Shown: positions 50,771-59,973, counted from the first letter of the stretch. The stretch is DNA of 63,450 bases from Patescibacteria group bacterium (GCA_052034495.1 JBPOIL010000018.1:1-63450); one strand, 5' to 3'. Notes: generated by a model from the sequence alone, not told the origin. Translations and numbers: made by a program.

Positions 50771-51265
50771 ATGCCCCGCAAAAACACAACCACCAAAAAG
50801 AATCATGGCAAATACCGATCTAAGAAGAGGCCGAAGCCTAGTCTTTTTACTCTCAACTTCCAGTCATGGATGGTCGTGCCAATCGTTGCAATTACGATTA
50901 TCATGGGCTTTGCGTGGGTAAGCCTTACCAGGGCGAGCACTGTGCCGCCACCGCCATGTAATGGTGTAAATATGTGTGCGCCGGTTCCGACTGGTGTGCC
51001 AGAGCTTATCGAATATTGGTCGGAGTACTATGGCCTGGACGGAACCCGTATGCTGCGGATAGCACAGTGTGAATCCAAGTTGAACCCGAGCGCCCAAAGC
51101 CGCGGCGGGCACTACGGGGTCTACCAGTTCCTGTCTACCACGTACGCTGCTAATCACAAGGCAGCTGGTGCAGGGCCAGACTACATGGACGCCGGCAGCA
51201 ACATTCGCACAGCGGCCTATATGTTCAGCATTGGCCAAGCTTGGCAATGGGAGTGCAAAGGATAG
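50771..51265 (+). CDS. Rpf-like transglycosylase domain protein (secreted or membrane-anchored)
   Basis: N-terminal basic segment plus TM. IAQCESKLNP...GVYQF is the transglycosylase-like (Rpf) motif. Promoter TTGAAT-17-TATGCT at 50722-50750. Confidence 0.7.
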   Translation: MPRKNTTTKKNHGKYRSKKRPKPSLFTLNFQSWMVVPIVAITIIMGFAWVSLTRASTVPPPPCNGVNMCAPVPTGVPELIEYWSEYYGLDGTRMLRIAQCESKLNPSAQSRGGHYGVYQFLSTTYAANHKAAGAGPDYMDAGSNIRTAAYMFSIGQAWQWECKG

Positions 51266-51330
51266 GAGTTGTATTTGTATCTAGATACTATTATGCTTAT
51301 GCTAACTATAAATTAAGGGAATATTAAGCT

Positions 51331-52326
51331 ATGGCAGTAAACAAAAAAGCACCTGTACGCAAAAACACTACGAAAACCAGATCTAATGTCGGCGGCTCAT
51401 CTCTGGGCAAAAAGACCACTCTGTTTAGTAAGCGCAACGGTCTCATCGTGGCAGGGCTAGCAGCGATTGTAGGCCTCGTGTTTGTGGCTTTTAGTTTTGC
51501 TAGCGGCCCTTCTATGGGCGCATACCAGTACTCTTTGAATAATTGTAAAATGCTTCGAGCAAGCGGCACTACTGGCAAACTTTTGCCACAGACTAAACAA
51601 ACACAGAATTGTATAAATAAGTCTGCCGAATCTGCAGTGTATAGGACGTACATAGGAGTCCTCGGTAGAACCCCAGACATCAGTGGATACCAGTACTGGA
51701 CGCAAAAGTTGGCCGGAGACAAGGTTGCATCAACTTTGGTCGTTAGAAGCTTCTTAAGCTCGAGCCAGGTCAAGAATAAACTTGCGCCACTGAAGACGAA
51801 CGAAGAATTCGTGGCTTATTTGGCGAAGAACTTCCAGGGTAAAACTACTTTGACTAGTTATGACAAATACTGGTTGAAGCGACTAGATAACAAAAAGAAA
51901 ACACGAAGTGAGGTAATCCGCCAGTACATCTTTGCTAAAGAGACAGTTGCCTACCAACAGGCCGGCTTTGATTTATTCCTCGAAGACGCGCCTAGAGTAA
52001 GTGTGGTTGTCTATGCAAAGAAGGGCGAGTACGCCAACCCGACTGCTACCCCAACCTGCGAAGCGGGCTACAGCCTCATAACCAACAAGATCAAAGAAAC
52101 TTCACGATACGCTGGCGGTGCTATAAGTAGCTATGGTTGCGGCCGCGCTGCCGCCAGTAAGCCAGACTTAGACGAAAACGGAGAATTACGGAACGTTACT
52201 CCTAAGCTTGCTTGCCCAGCGGGCTATAAATCTACAGCTGTACGCGGCAACGGCACGAGGTTCTATGACTCCACCACCGGTGGCTACTACCCATCTAGCA
52301 CTAATGTGGCCTGCAAGAAGTCCTAG
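51331..52326 (+). CDS. Paralog family member 3 (short): basic N-terminus, TM, DUF4214 repeats, Cys-rich C-terminus
   Basis: KKAPVRKNTT..LFSKRNGLIVAGLAAIVGLVFVAFSFASG; YRTYIGVLGRTPDISGYQYWTQKLAGDK. Confidence 0.75.
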   Translation: MAVNKKAPVRKNTTKTRSNVGGSSLGKKTTLFSKRNGLIVAGLAAIVGLVFVAFSFASGPSMGAYQYSLNNCKMLRASGTTGKLLPQTKQTQNCINKSAESAVYRTYIGVLGRTPDISGYQYWTQKLAGDKVASTLVVRSFLSSSQVKNKLAPLKTNEEFVAYLAKNFQGKTTLTSYDKYWLKRLDNKKKTRSEVIRQYIFAKETVAYQQAGFDLFLEDAPRVSVVVYAKKGEYANPTATPTCEAGYSLITNKIKETSRYAGGAISSYGCGRAAASKPDLDENGELRNVTPKLACPAGYKSTAVRGNGTRFYDSTTGGYYPSSTNVACKKS

Positions 52327-52399
52327 GGCTTGCAATCCTAATACGACTATATTATGCTTATGCTAAGTTATATAAATTTAAGCTAACTATAAGGTATAC

Positions 52400-54178
52400 A
52401 TGGCCACATCAAACAAAAAAGCACCCGTTCGAAAATCAAATACTCGCTACGCAAGTAGTTCTAAATCATCTCGACCCAAGTCTCGCACTGGCAGCTCCAG
52501 CCTGGCTCGTAGCTCCAAGAGCACCATCTTCACCAAGCGCAACGGTATTATAGCTGCCGGCATGGCTGCTGTTGCTGGACTCGCCTTCGTAGCCTTCAGC
52601 TTCGCGAGCGGAGCGCCCAAGACCCCCGACTATCAGTATTCTTTTAGTAAAGCCTGTATACCTACTGGTACTACTACGGGTTCTGCAGGAACCCCTGCGC
52701 CCACAGACGCCGAACAGCTCAAGGCTCAGCAGGACTGCTATGACAAGAGTGCCGAGGGACTCGTTTACCGTGTATACAAAGGGGTTTTTAACCGCGAGCC
52801 GAATGCTGGTGAATACGCCTACTGGGTTCAGCAGCTCGCTGGAGATCGCGTCCAGGGCACTACCTTTGTAAGCAAAATGATTGCTAGCAATGGCGCGGTT
52901 GTCCCAAAGACCGCCACAGACGCACAGTTTGTGAACGGACTATACAAGAACATGCTATTACGCACCGATGCAGGAATTACGGCCGACAAAAAAGGTACCG
53001 ACTATTGGGCCAAAAAGATGCAAGGCGCAAAGAAGTGGTCCCGTGCAAAAGTTGCCTATCACTTTGCTACTACCAATGAAGCTAAGCGTGCTAACGCTAC
53101 GACCTTCGTTGCATACATTAGCGCAGCAACTCCTGTGGTGATTAAGGAAAATGCCAAGGAAGCGCAAGCCGCTCGACTTGTCCAAATGAAAAAGTACGCG
53201 ACGACAGCTGGTACGAACGCCACAGCTGCCAAAAGGGCTGAGAATGCCGCCAAGTCTGCGTTAGGAACTGCCAAAGCCAGCTCTAGCTTAGAAGCAATTG
53301 CCGCAAACAAGGCAACGGCAGCCGCTGAGGCTGCGAAGGCACGAACTGCCATGCGTGCCGCCAAGACTGCGGCCGGCAAAGCCGACCGGCTCAAGAAAAG
53401 GGCTCGATCACTAGCAGTTTATGCTAAAGACATTGGCGCCGACCCAGTGTATGGCATGGCCAAGATTAACGATGTGCATAAGCTGACTAAGGCATATAGT
53501 ACTAATGCATCAAAGTCTGCAAGTACTGCCGGAAAGACTCTAGCGCAGATTGACGCTGCTTATGCAGCTCGTCGGGCGAAGATAGCAGAAGAAGCAGCAG
53601 CCGCAGCTGCAGCAGCGGAGAGAGCTAATAATTCTGGAGCGGGGAATATCCCAACCGGCGATCCTAACAAAACTCCGCCTCCGCCTCCGCCAGGTGCGAC
53701 CGTGGAACAAGTAGATGCTATCTGGAAAAGCCACTGTAATTCTAAAGCAAACTTCTTGAGTAGTGAGGCAAACTTGACGGGGGGAATAGGTAAGTACGCA
53801 TATATTATTGACTCTTCTTATACGGACGACGGCAAACACCGTAGGAGTTGCACGGAAACTCCAAAAGGGATTAGGGTGACTTCATGCACAAGGTCGTACG
53901 AAGCAAATGCTGATAGAACGCAATGTGTGCTAATTACGCGCGCAAATAATACCCCGGCTTCTCCTTACTGCAAGGGTAAGAACGTTAATAAACAATACTG
54001 GGATTATCACTACAAGGCTGTCGCTAACGCTGAAACTAATCATGCAATTAAGAAACGTACAGCAGTTTGTGATGCCAGAGGCAATATTACATATGGCCAA
54101 TGGAGTAAGTATATTCCAATTAGCTACAATACGTATAAAAACAATAAGCCCAAGTATGAAGATGGGATATTTAAGTAG
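52400..54178 (+). CDS. Paralog family member 4: basic N-terminus, TM, DUF4214 repeats, Ala-rich coiled coil, Cys-rich C-terminus
   Basis: KKAPVRKSNTRYASS..SRPKSRTGS..IFTKRNGIIAAGMAAVAGLAFVAFSFASG..PDYQYS. Confidence 0.75.
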   Translation: MATSNKKAPVRKSNTRYASSSKSSRPKSRTGSSSLARSSKSTIFTKRNGIIAAGMAAVAGLAFVAFSFASGAPKTPDYQYSFSKACIPTGTTTGSAGTPAPTDAEQLKAQQDCYDKSAEGLVYRVYKGVFNREPNAGEYAYWVQQLAGDRVQGTTFVSKMIASNGAVVPKTATDAQFVNGLYKNMLLRTDAGITADKKGTDYWAKKMQGAKKWSRAKVAYHFATTNEAKRANATTFVAYISAATPVVIKENAKEAQAARLVQMKKYATTAGTNATAAKRAENAAKSALGTAKASSSLEAIAANKATAAAEAAKARTAMRAAKTAAGKADRLKKRARSLAVYAKDIGADPVYGMAKINDVHKLTKAYSTNASKSASTAGKTLAQIDAAYAARRAKIAEEAAAAAAAAERANNSGAGNIPTGDPNKTPPPPPPGATVEQVDAIWKSHCNSKANFLSSEANLTGGIGKYAYIIDSSYTDDGKHRRSCTETPKGIRVTSCTRSYEANADRTQCVLITRANNTPASPYCKGKNVNKQYWDYHYKAVANAETNHAIKKRTAVCDARGNITYGQWSKYIPISYNTYKNNKPKYEDGIFK

Positions 54179-54369
54179 CTAGAATCAGGAATATTGTGCA
54201 CGAAATTACAGGCGAGATAGCTGCTAAAGGTTAGTGGATCACACAGTTCTGCACAGTTGCTAAACATTTTGACATACAATGACTGGATATAAGCTGGGCA
54301 AACTTAGGATGGATAGCATGTAGGTACACTAACTGTTTGTGCGTAACAATGAGTAGATTGTAGCGGCGG

Positions 54370-54615
54370 CTATACGAATAACAGCAAGAGCAGGCTAATT
54401 AGCATTACAAGTAGTGATATAGTTAACATTATCCCAGCCATGTCCCAGCTCCATGCCGGAGCGCTAAACTTATATATGTATTGAGTCTTATCCACCTGCA
54501 CAGGGGCGGGAGCTGTTTGGCCAGGGGTAGAGTTCGCCGCGATGTAGTTGGCTACACAGTCACTGAGTCGAATGTTCTCTAAAAGGTTCGGATAAGTGGC
54601 ATGAGCTGCCAACAT
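54370..54615 (-). pseudogene. Truncated copy of the 56615..57151 membrane-protein gene (C-terminal third only)
   Basis: 81-aa ORF whose residues SDCVANYIAANSTPGQTAPAPVQVDKTQYIYKFSAPAWSW align with the C-terminus of the 178-aa paralog. Near-identical DNA at 54520-54560 and 56770-56810. Confidence 0.55.
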
Positions 54616-54680
54616 TGCATTTAGTCGATAAACTAGTTATGCTTGTGTAAGCCTTATAAATTTAGCGACGCGAAGTATAC

Positions 54681-56426
54681 ATGGCCACAATAAACAAAAA
54701 GCCCTCTGTCCGAAAAACAAATACTCGTTACGTGAGTAACCCCAAATCATCCCGTGCCAAATCCCGCACTGGCCCTTTGGGGCTTGCTCGCAATACCAGG
54801 CTAACACTCTTTACTAAACGTTATAGTCTCATAGCCGCAGGTATGGCTGCTATTGCTGGCCTTGCTTTCGTAGCCCTCAGCTTCGCTGGCGGTACGCCAG
54901 ACTATCAGTACTCATTAAGCGAGAAGTGCGTAACTACACCACCAGTTGCAGTTGATCCCGCAGTAGGTGCGAACCCCACGCCCGCCTCCACAACTAACAC
55001 CCCCCAGACTTGTAAAGATTTAAGTGCAGAAGGTATGGTTTATAGACTCTATAGAGGCCTACTAGGCCGTAATCCCGACCCGGCGGGATACCAGTACTGG
55101 ACTCAGAAGCTAGCCGGAGACAGAATCAATGCCGGGGAAGTAATCAGGCAAATGGGCGGCGCTAAAATGATTACAGGAACAGACGACGCCTTTATTTCAG
55201 CCTTATATACGAATATGATGGCCCGCCCGGCCGATGCTAGAGGCAAGGCGTACTGGCTTAAGAACATGAAGAATAAAAAGAAATGGTCACGCCAAAGAGT
55301 TGTTCTTCACTTTGTGTCAACTCGCGAAGCCAAGAGAAAGAACCAGGCCGGCTTCAACACCTTCCTTGCAAGTGCATCTCCCGTAAAGATAACTCAGAAA
55401 GCTGCTGCAGAACAAAAGAAGCGCTACGAAGCAATCGTTGCATACACGAAGGCTCAAGGCAAGAACGCTGAAGCCGCGCGCAAAAATGCTTTAGCAGCAC
55501 AAAATGCCCTAAATGCAGCTAAATCTAATGCTTCTGGAGGCATTGGCCGTGAAAGACTTGCAGCTATTGCCGCCAATCAAAAAACAGCAGAGGGTGAATA
55601 TAATAAAGCTAAAGCAAATGCACGCACGACGGAGAGTATTAAAAAAATCGCGATTGCATTAAAGAATCAGTCGGATAGTTTATACAAACATGCAACCGAT
55701 ATCAAGGACGATCCTAAATATGGTAAGAATAAATTTGATGCCAACTATAAATTACTCGTAGCATTGGATAAGAATGCGGATAAAGCTGTTGCAGCCGCAA
55801 GGCAACGCATTACAGACGTTGCTGCGCAGTACGAGATTGCAGAGGCCAAGTATGAGGCTGAACAAAATAGGCTAGCGACAGAAGCAGCCGCAAGACGAGC
55901 AGCTGAACAGAGTACTAGCAACCAGGGTGGCGGGGGTAATGGAGCGACAAGTGAGGCTTGTCCTCCCGGGCAACAAAGGAATTCCAACGGCACGTGCTAC
56001 AGCCCTACTCCTCGAGAACCTAGATGTGATTCCACCAAAAGGACCACCCAAAAGATAGAAGGCAATGGCATTAGGACTATAACTACTTGGCAGTCCGTAA
56101 AACCTGATAAGAGTGGATGTTTTGACAATTCCATAAATAACTGGCAGAAGCTTACTGGTGTCTCCGGTGGCGCTAAAAAGGCACGTAAAAACCAATGTTA
56201 CTCTAGCAGGAATCTCACTGATGAGAGGCATAAATGGAAGTGGATAAGAGTTACTACAGATCTTGGTATAGGTAAAATTACCGCTCCACAGTATTCCAAC
56301 GTCAGACAGACGAGAACAGGTAGATGGTCGTGGAATGACAGCGGGAATGGTACCTGCACAAATGTATGGGGCCCCTGGATAGATCACTGGAAGGCATCAA
56401 GTGGTAGTGGTGAACTGGCTAAATAA
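54681..56426 (+). CDS. Paralog family member 5: basic N-terminus, TM, DUF4214 repeats, coiled coil, Cys/Trp-rich C-terminus
   Basis: KKPSVRKTNTRYVSN..SRAKSRTGP..LFTKRYSLIAAGMAAIAGLAFVALSFAGGTPDYQYS. Confidence 0.75.
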   Translation: MATINKKPSVRKTNTRYVSNPKSSRAKSRTGPLGLARNTRLTLFTKRYSLIAAGMAAIAGLAFVALSFAGGTPDYQYSLSEKCVTTPPVAVDPAVGANPTPASTTNTPQTCKDLSAEGMVYRLYRGLLGRNPDPAGYQYWTQKLAGDRINAGEVIRQMGGAKMITGTDDAFISALYTNMMARPADARGKAYWLKNMKNKKKWSRQRVVLHFVSTREAKRKNQAGFNTFLASASPVKITQKAAAEQKKRYEAIVAYTKAQGKNAEAARKNALAAQNALNAAKSNASGGIGRERLAAIAANQKTAEGEYNKAKANARTTESIKKIAIALKNQSDSLYKHATDIKDDPKYGKNKFDANYKLLVALDKNADKAVAAARQRITDVAAQYEIAEAKYEAEQNRLATEAAARRAAEQSTSNQGGGGNGATSEACPPGQQRNSNGTCYSPTPREPRCDSTKRTTQKIEGNGIRTITTWQSVKPDKSGCFDNSINNWQKLTGVSGGAKKARKNQCYSSRNLTDERHKWKWIRVTTDLGIGKITAPQYSNVRQTRTGRWSWNDSGNGTCTNVWGPWIDHWKASSGSGELAK

Positions 56427-56614
56427 TATCGTGATTAACACTAAAGTAGCATAGCGTACGGCCTACTGGGTTTGAGTGCGTTCAGCCTTCTGTAGATGCC
56501 CGTAAAAATCTCGCAAGCAAATGGACTACATGTAGAAATAAATACCGCTAAATCTTTACCTGGTCTAGGCGGCGGAACGTAAAACGCCCAGCGTTGTCGC
56601 TGGGCGTTTATGGC

Positions 56615-57151
56615 TTAGATCAGGCAAAGGCAGGCTGCAAGGAGTATTGCTGACATAGAGGCCAACATCACGATTCCTGCTGCGCCCCAGCTCCAAGCTG
56701 GGGCGGTGAACTTATAGATGTATTGGTCCCTATCAACCTGCGCGGGGGCTGGAGCTGTTTGGCCAGGGGTAGAGTTCGCTGCGATGTAGTTGGTTACGCA
56801 GTTACTAAGCTGAATGCTGTCTACGCGCGCTGAGCAAGCCGCCTGGGCATCAGTATAGACTTTAGCACCGCCTTGGGTTTGCTGTAGCGCAGCGGCTTGT
56901 GCGGCCGCTACAGCACGGCTATAGCTGCCCTGCAAAGCAAAGTTCGTGCTGGAGTTCATGTGGCTTTTAACGTACGTTTCGAGCTTTTTAATATCTTGAT
57001 CCACTGGCTTACCGGCTTTATCGGCCGCTATGATGGCCTCGACTTGCTTTTGCGCGCTCACCGCATTGTTGCGATAGAGTAGTATGCCGGCTACGAATAA
57101 TATTGCGGAAAGTATGAATAGGTATTTGGCGTAGTGTTTTGTAGGTTTCAT
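56615..57151 (-). CDS. Bitopic membrane protein (N-terminal and C-terminal TM), unknown function
   Basis: 178-aa ORF. TGTATAATG extended -10 just upstream of the ATG. Bidirectional terminator at 56583-56612. Confidence 0.65.
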   Translation of the reverse strand: MKPTKHYAKYLFILSAILFVAGILLYRNNAVSAQKQVEAIIAADKAGKPVDQDIKKLETYVKSHMNSSTNFALQGSYSRAVAAAQAAALQQTQGGAKVYTDAQAACSARVDSIQLSNCVTNYIAANSTPGQTAPAPAQVDRDQYIYKFTAPAWSWGAAGIVMLASMSAILLAACLCLI

Positions 57152-57172
57152 ATATGCATTATACAGGGCTGG

Positions 57173-57233
57173 TGTGAAATTATGTGAATATCTGTGAAAA
57201 CAGATTTGTGAAAAAGTGTGAATAATCGTGAAA
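57173..57233 (+). repeat. Six direct TGTGAAW (CGTGAAA in the last) repeats with 10-10-14-10-10 nt spacing; DnaA-box-like on the opposite strand (TTATTCACA, TTTTTCACA)
   Basis: Repeat starts counted at 57173, 57183, 57193, 57207, 57217 and 57227. Confidence 0.8.
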
Positions 57234-57491
57234 ATAATACAAAAGAGAAGGGGCCGAGCATGATCGCTCGGCCCCGCACTCGTCGTTGAGTGTCCTCTCG
57301 TCTTGAGCGCTACTCCTCGGCACCCTTGTCACGTGCTGGCGGCAGGTCCTTCAGTCCCGTTCCCCTTGGCAGATCCACCGGAGGCGCGTTGCGCTTGATG
57401 CCCGAAGGTCCCCTGCGGTCTGCGACAGCCGATGGGTCGTCGCCGCGAGCCTGGTGGTCCGGACGGCAGTCAGGTGGGTGAGCCTTGCGGC

Positions 57492-57608
57492 TCACCGTTG
57501 GCCGAATGCGCGTCGAGGGTGCTGACGGGCCTTGGCTTCATCAGCCCGTCGCTTCTTCTCCTTCTTGCTCAGCTTCTTGGCTGGACCCTTCTTGACCAGG
57601 CCGCTCAT
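57492..57608 (-). CDS. High-GC Lys/Arg-rich micro-ORF (38 aa), translationally coupled (TGATG)
   Basis: Hand translation gives MSGLVKKGPAKKLSKKEKKRRADEAKARQHPRRAFGQR. It is followed by the hairpin GGTGAGCC-gcaa-GGCTCACC. It is below the ORF-track size cut-off. Confidence 0.3.
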   Translation of the reverse strand: MSGLVKKGPAKKLSKKEKKRRADEAKARQHPRRAFGQR

Positions 57609-57931
57609 CAGCGCTTGCCACCCTTCTTCCCGCCCTTGCGCTCGGCTCGACGGGCTTTGCCGCTGAGCTTCGGCCCGCTCTGGCGACCCTTGTCGGGCTG
57701 GACCTGGCCTCCGAAACTGGCTTGTTGTCCGCCACCACCCTTGCCACCACCCTTGGAGGTGATGGCATGCATGGTCTGCGGCGGACTGACTGCTCCGGTG
57801 ACAGCTTTGGGCCGGCTGTGGCTGTTGAGAGGCGTTGGCGTCCCGCTGAAGCGGTCGACCTCGTCCTCGTCATCGAACAGTGGTCGCCCGCCTCGCATGT
57901 CACGCCTGAGCGCTGACTCTCTCGTTGCCAT
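57608..57931 (-). CDS. High-GC hypothetical Gly/Lys-rich basic protein (107 aa)
   Basis: The best GC3-rich frame among several overlapping ORFs. Starts at an ATG. The stop overlaps the next small ORF. Confidence 0.45.
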   Translation of the reverse strand: MATRESALRRDMRGGRPLFDDEDEVDRFSGTPTPLNSHSRPKAVTGAVSPPQTMHAITSKGGGKGGGGQQASFGGQVQPDKGRQSGPKLSGKARRAERKGGKKGGKR

Positions 57932-58040
57932 TGTGTGATGAGCTCCCCTTTGGCGCTGTGGCCAAGTTGACGATAGGTAGTGATTATTCTACGCTCGAAA
58001 CGAAAAATGTCAAGGTTAATCCATTTGTTATAATGGTGAT

Positions 58041-58733
58041 ATGAACAAGTCTTACATCTATACTAACAGTTCGAATAAATCTAATATGGCCGTAATAATT
58101 TTGCCAGAAATTTTCGGAGTCACGGACTTTATAAAGCGCGCGACTGATCGGTTTGCGAAGGAGTTTAAACTCCCGGTCTTCGCGCTCGATCACTTCTACG
58201 CTGTTACGGGTAAGTGTGAAGTGTTTGATTATGCTAAGGATATGGATAAGGGCGTGGAGATTATGAATCGCATGACTGGTGATGGCTTCTTTGAATTCTT
58301 CGCGAAGACTCTGGGCGAGATTCAAATCGAGCACCCGGGCATAACTGAATTTATTGTGGTTGGGTTTTGCTTCGGTGGTCGGTTGGCGTATCTAGCCGGC
58401 ATGGATGAGCGGGTTAGTAAAGTAGTGAGCTTCTATGGCGGGCAGCCGCATTTGCCGAAGTACTACGAGGGCAAGAGCCCGGTCGAGGCGCTTATTTTGG
58501 CTAGGGGCGGTAACGCGCTACAAGTATTGTCATTCTATGGCGGGCAGGACGAAAGTATCCCTGCCGAGGATAGAGTCAAGACCAAGCAGTTGCTCGGAGC
58601 TGCTGGCATTGGCTATACAGAGAAGGTTTACGGGCAGGCAGGCCACGCGTACTTTAACGACTCGCGGCCAGAACGCTACAGCGCCGAAGCAGCTGCGGGA
58701 TCATGGGTAGATATTAAGAAGTTTCTACATTAG
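58041..58733 (+). CDS. Dienelactone hydrolase family protein
   Basis: ILPEIFGV..., nucleophile elbow GFCFGG, C-terminal GHAYFN. Backbone-like GC. Confidence 0.8.
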   Translation: MNKSYIYTNSSNKSNMAVIILPEIFGVTDFIKRATDRFAKEFKLPVFALDHFYAVTGKCEVFDYAKDMDKGVEIMNRMTGDGFFEFFAKTLGEIQIEHPGITEFIVVGFCFGGRLAYLAGMDERVSKVVSFYGGQPHLPKYYEGKSPVEALILARGGNALQVLSFYGGQDESIPAEDRVKTKQLLGAAGIGYTEKVYGQAGHAYFNDSRPERYSAEAAAGSWVDIKKFLH

Positions 58734-58804
58734 TCATAAGCGCATAAACGAGGAGGCCCCCGACGGATGTCGGGGGCCTTGGTGCTCACGGAAGCTCTTC
58801 GGGC

Positions 58805-59088
58805 TTACCGTGATGCCTGCTGCTCCAGGCTCATGCTGAAGGCGGCCAGTAGCCACTCGAGCCAGGCTGGGGCATCTGCGCCCGTTTGGGCTCGGTAGGT
58901 GGTCTGAGCTACGCCCATGGCGTCATTGAGTGGCTGACCCCGAGCCAGGTTTGGTCAGCCAAAGTGCATAGGGCGGTTACGGCTGCCTCGCGCTGACGTG
59001 AGGTGCAGGGCGGGATTTGCCCCTGATCGCTCAAGAAGGCTTCGACGAGTCGGAGGGCCTTACTGCTGGGGTCTACCACTCGGCTCAT
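58805..59088 (-). pseudogene. High-GC small gene, apparently frameshifted (59-aa frame, then a 50-codon continuation in another frame)
   Basis: Strong SD AGGAGGTGAACG-ATG at 59088. Hand translation stops at 58909, while a second GC3-rich frame stays open from 58954 to 58805. GC-rich hairpin GGCCCCCGAC-ggat-GTCGGGGGCC downstream. Confidence 0.35.
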
Positions 59089-59227
59089 CGTTCACCTCCT
59101 AGGGCTAGTCGAGTAATGAGCTGGCAAAACTATACAATTATAGCCAGTGGAATACAAGCTTGAGAATAATTACAGGGTGACCCCGGTGCGCATGTGGCGC
59201 GCACCGGGGTCGGTGTTTCGCCGGGGC

Positions 59228-59845
59228 CTACCTGCTGCAGAGCAGCTTGTGGAGGCCCAGCAGGATGTCGCGGGTGACCTCTTCCGTGGATTGCTCCCCG
59301 TTGACGCGGATCAGCCCCCCGAGCCAGTCGTAGTAGTCGATGACCGGAAGCGTGTGCTCTCGGAACTCCGTCAGCCGATGCTCGTGCTTGCTGGGGGTGT
59401 CGTCTTCTCGGCCCCTGGGTCCTCCTTCGTGGCCACGTCGCCGCGTTTCGTCTTCGCTGACGTCGATGTAGACCACTGCTAGCACGGGGTGGCCTCGCTC
59501 AGCCATGACGCGCATGGTGTCGGCTTCTTCGCCCTGCTTGCGCCCGACGGCGTCGAGCCAGAGCATCTGGCCGTCGTATTCAGGCCCTCCCAGCTGGGAC
59601 AGGACGATCTCTGCGAACAGCTTGCTGTTCACCACGTCGCCCCCGTCCAACGATGCCTTGGCTTCTGGGTTCAGCTGTGCTGCCCGGAACAGATCGCCGC
59701 TGGAGGTGGTGGCACCACCGACGGTCTCGACCAGGATGCGGCACTGCGTGCCCTTGCCGCCGCGGGGTCGGGCATGCACGATGATCGAGCCGCAGCCGAT
59801 GGCTTCTCGGAGTTGCTGGATGGCTTCTTCTTCCAGTACGCCCAC
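59228..59845 (-). CDS. High-GC adenylate kinase homologue with a degenerate P-loop and NMP-binding motifs
   Basis: Colinear with Adk: ARPRGGKGTQ (Adk has GPPGAGKGTQ), SSGDLFRA, WLDAVGRK (Adk has LLDGFPRT), PRGREDD, RLTEFREHTLPVIDYY. The track start (59896) is a TTG inside a promoter-like motif; GTG at 59845 follows GAGGTG. The start is uncertain. Confidence 0.6.
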   Translation of the reverse strand: MGVLEEEAIQQLREAIGCGSIIVHARPRGGKGTQCRILVETVGGATTSSGDLFRAAQLNPEAKASLDGGDVVNSKLFAEIVLSQLGGPEYDGQMLWLDAVGRKQGEEADTMRVMAERGHPVLAVVYIDVSEDETRRRGHEGGPRGREDDTPSKHEHRLTEFREHTLPVIDYYDWLGGLIRVNGEQSTEEVTRDILLGLHKLLCSR

Positions 59846-59973
59846 GGCGCACCTCACTTTCAAGGTCTTGTATGAACGCGACTTGCGAACTGGCAAACTA
59901 TACTATAATTCGATCGATTTACCAAGCGTGAGGATTTTGCTGACAGTAGGTCATTTTCTCCTGACAAAAGTCT

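Noticed and set aside
57121-57240. Declaring the TGTGAAW array to be the chromosomal origin oriC.
   Set aside because: There is no dnaA/dnaN nearby and no obvious AT-rich unwinding element. The array overlaps the promoter of an ordinary gene. It is reported as a repeat or possible operator instead.
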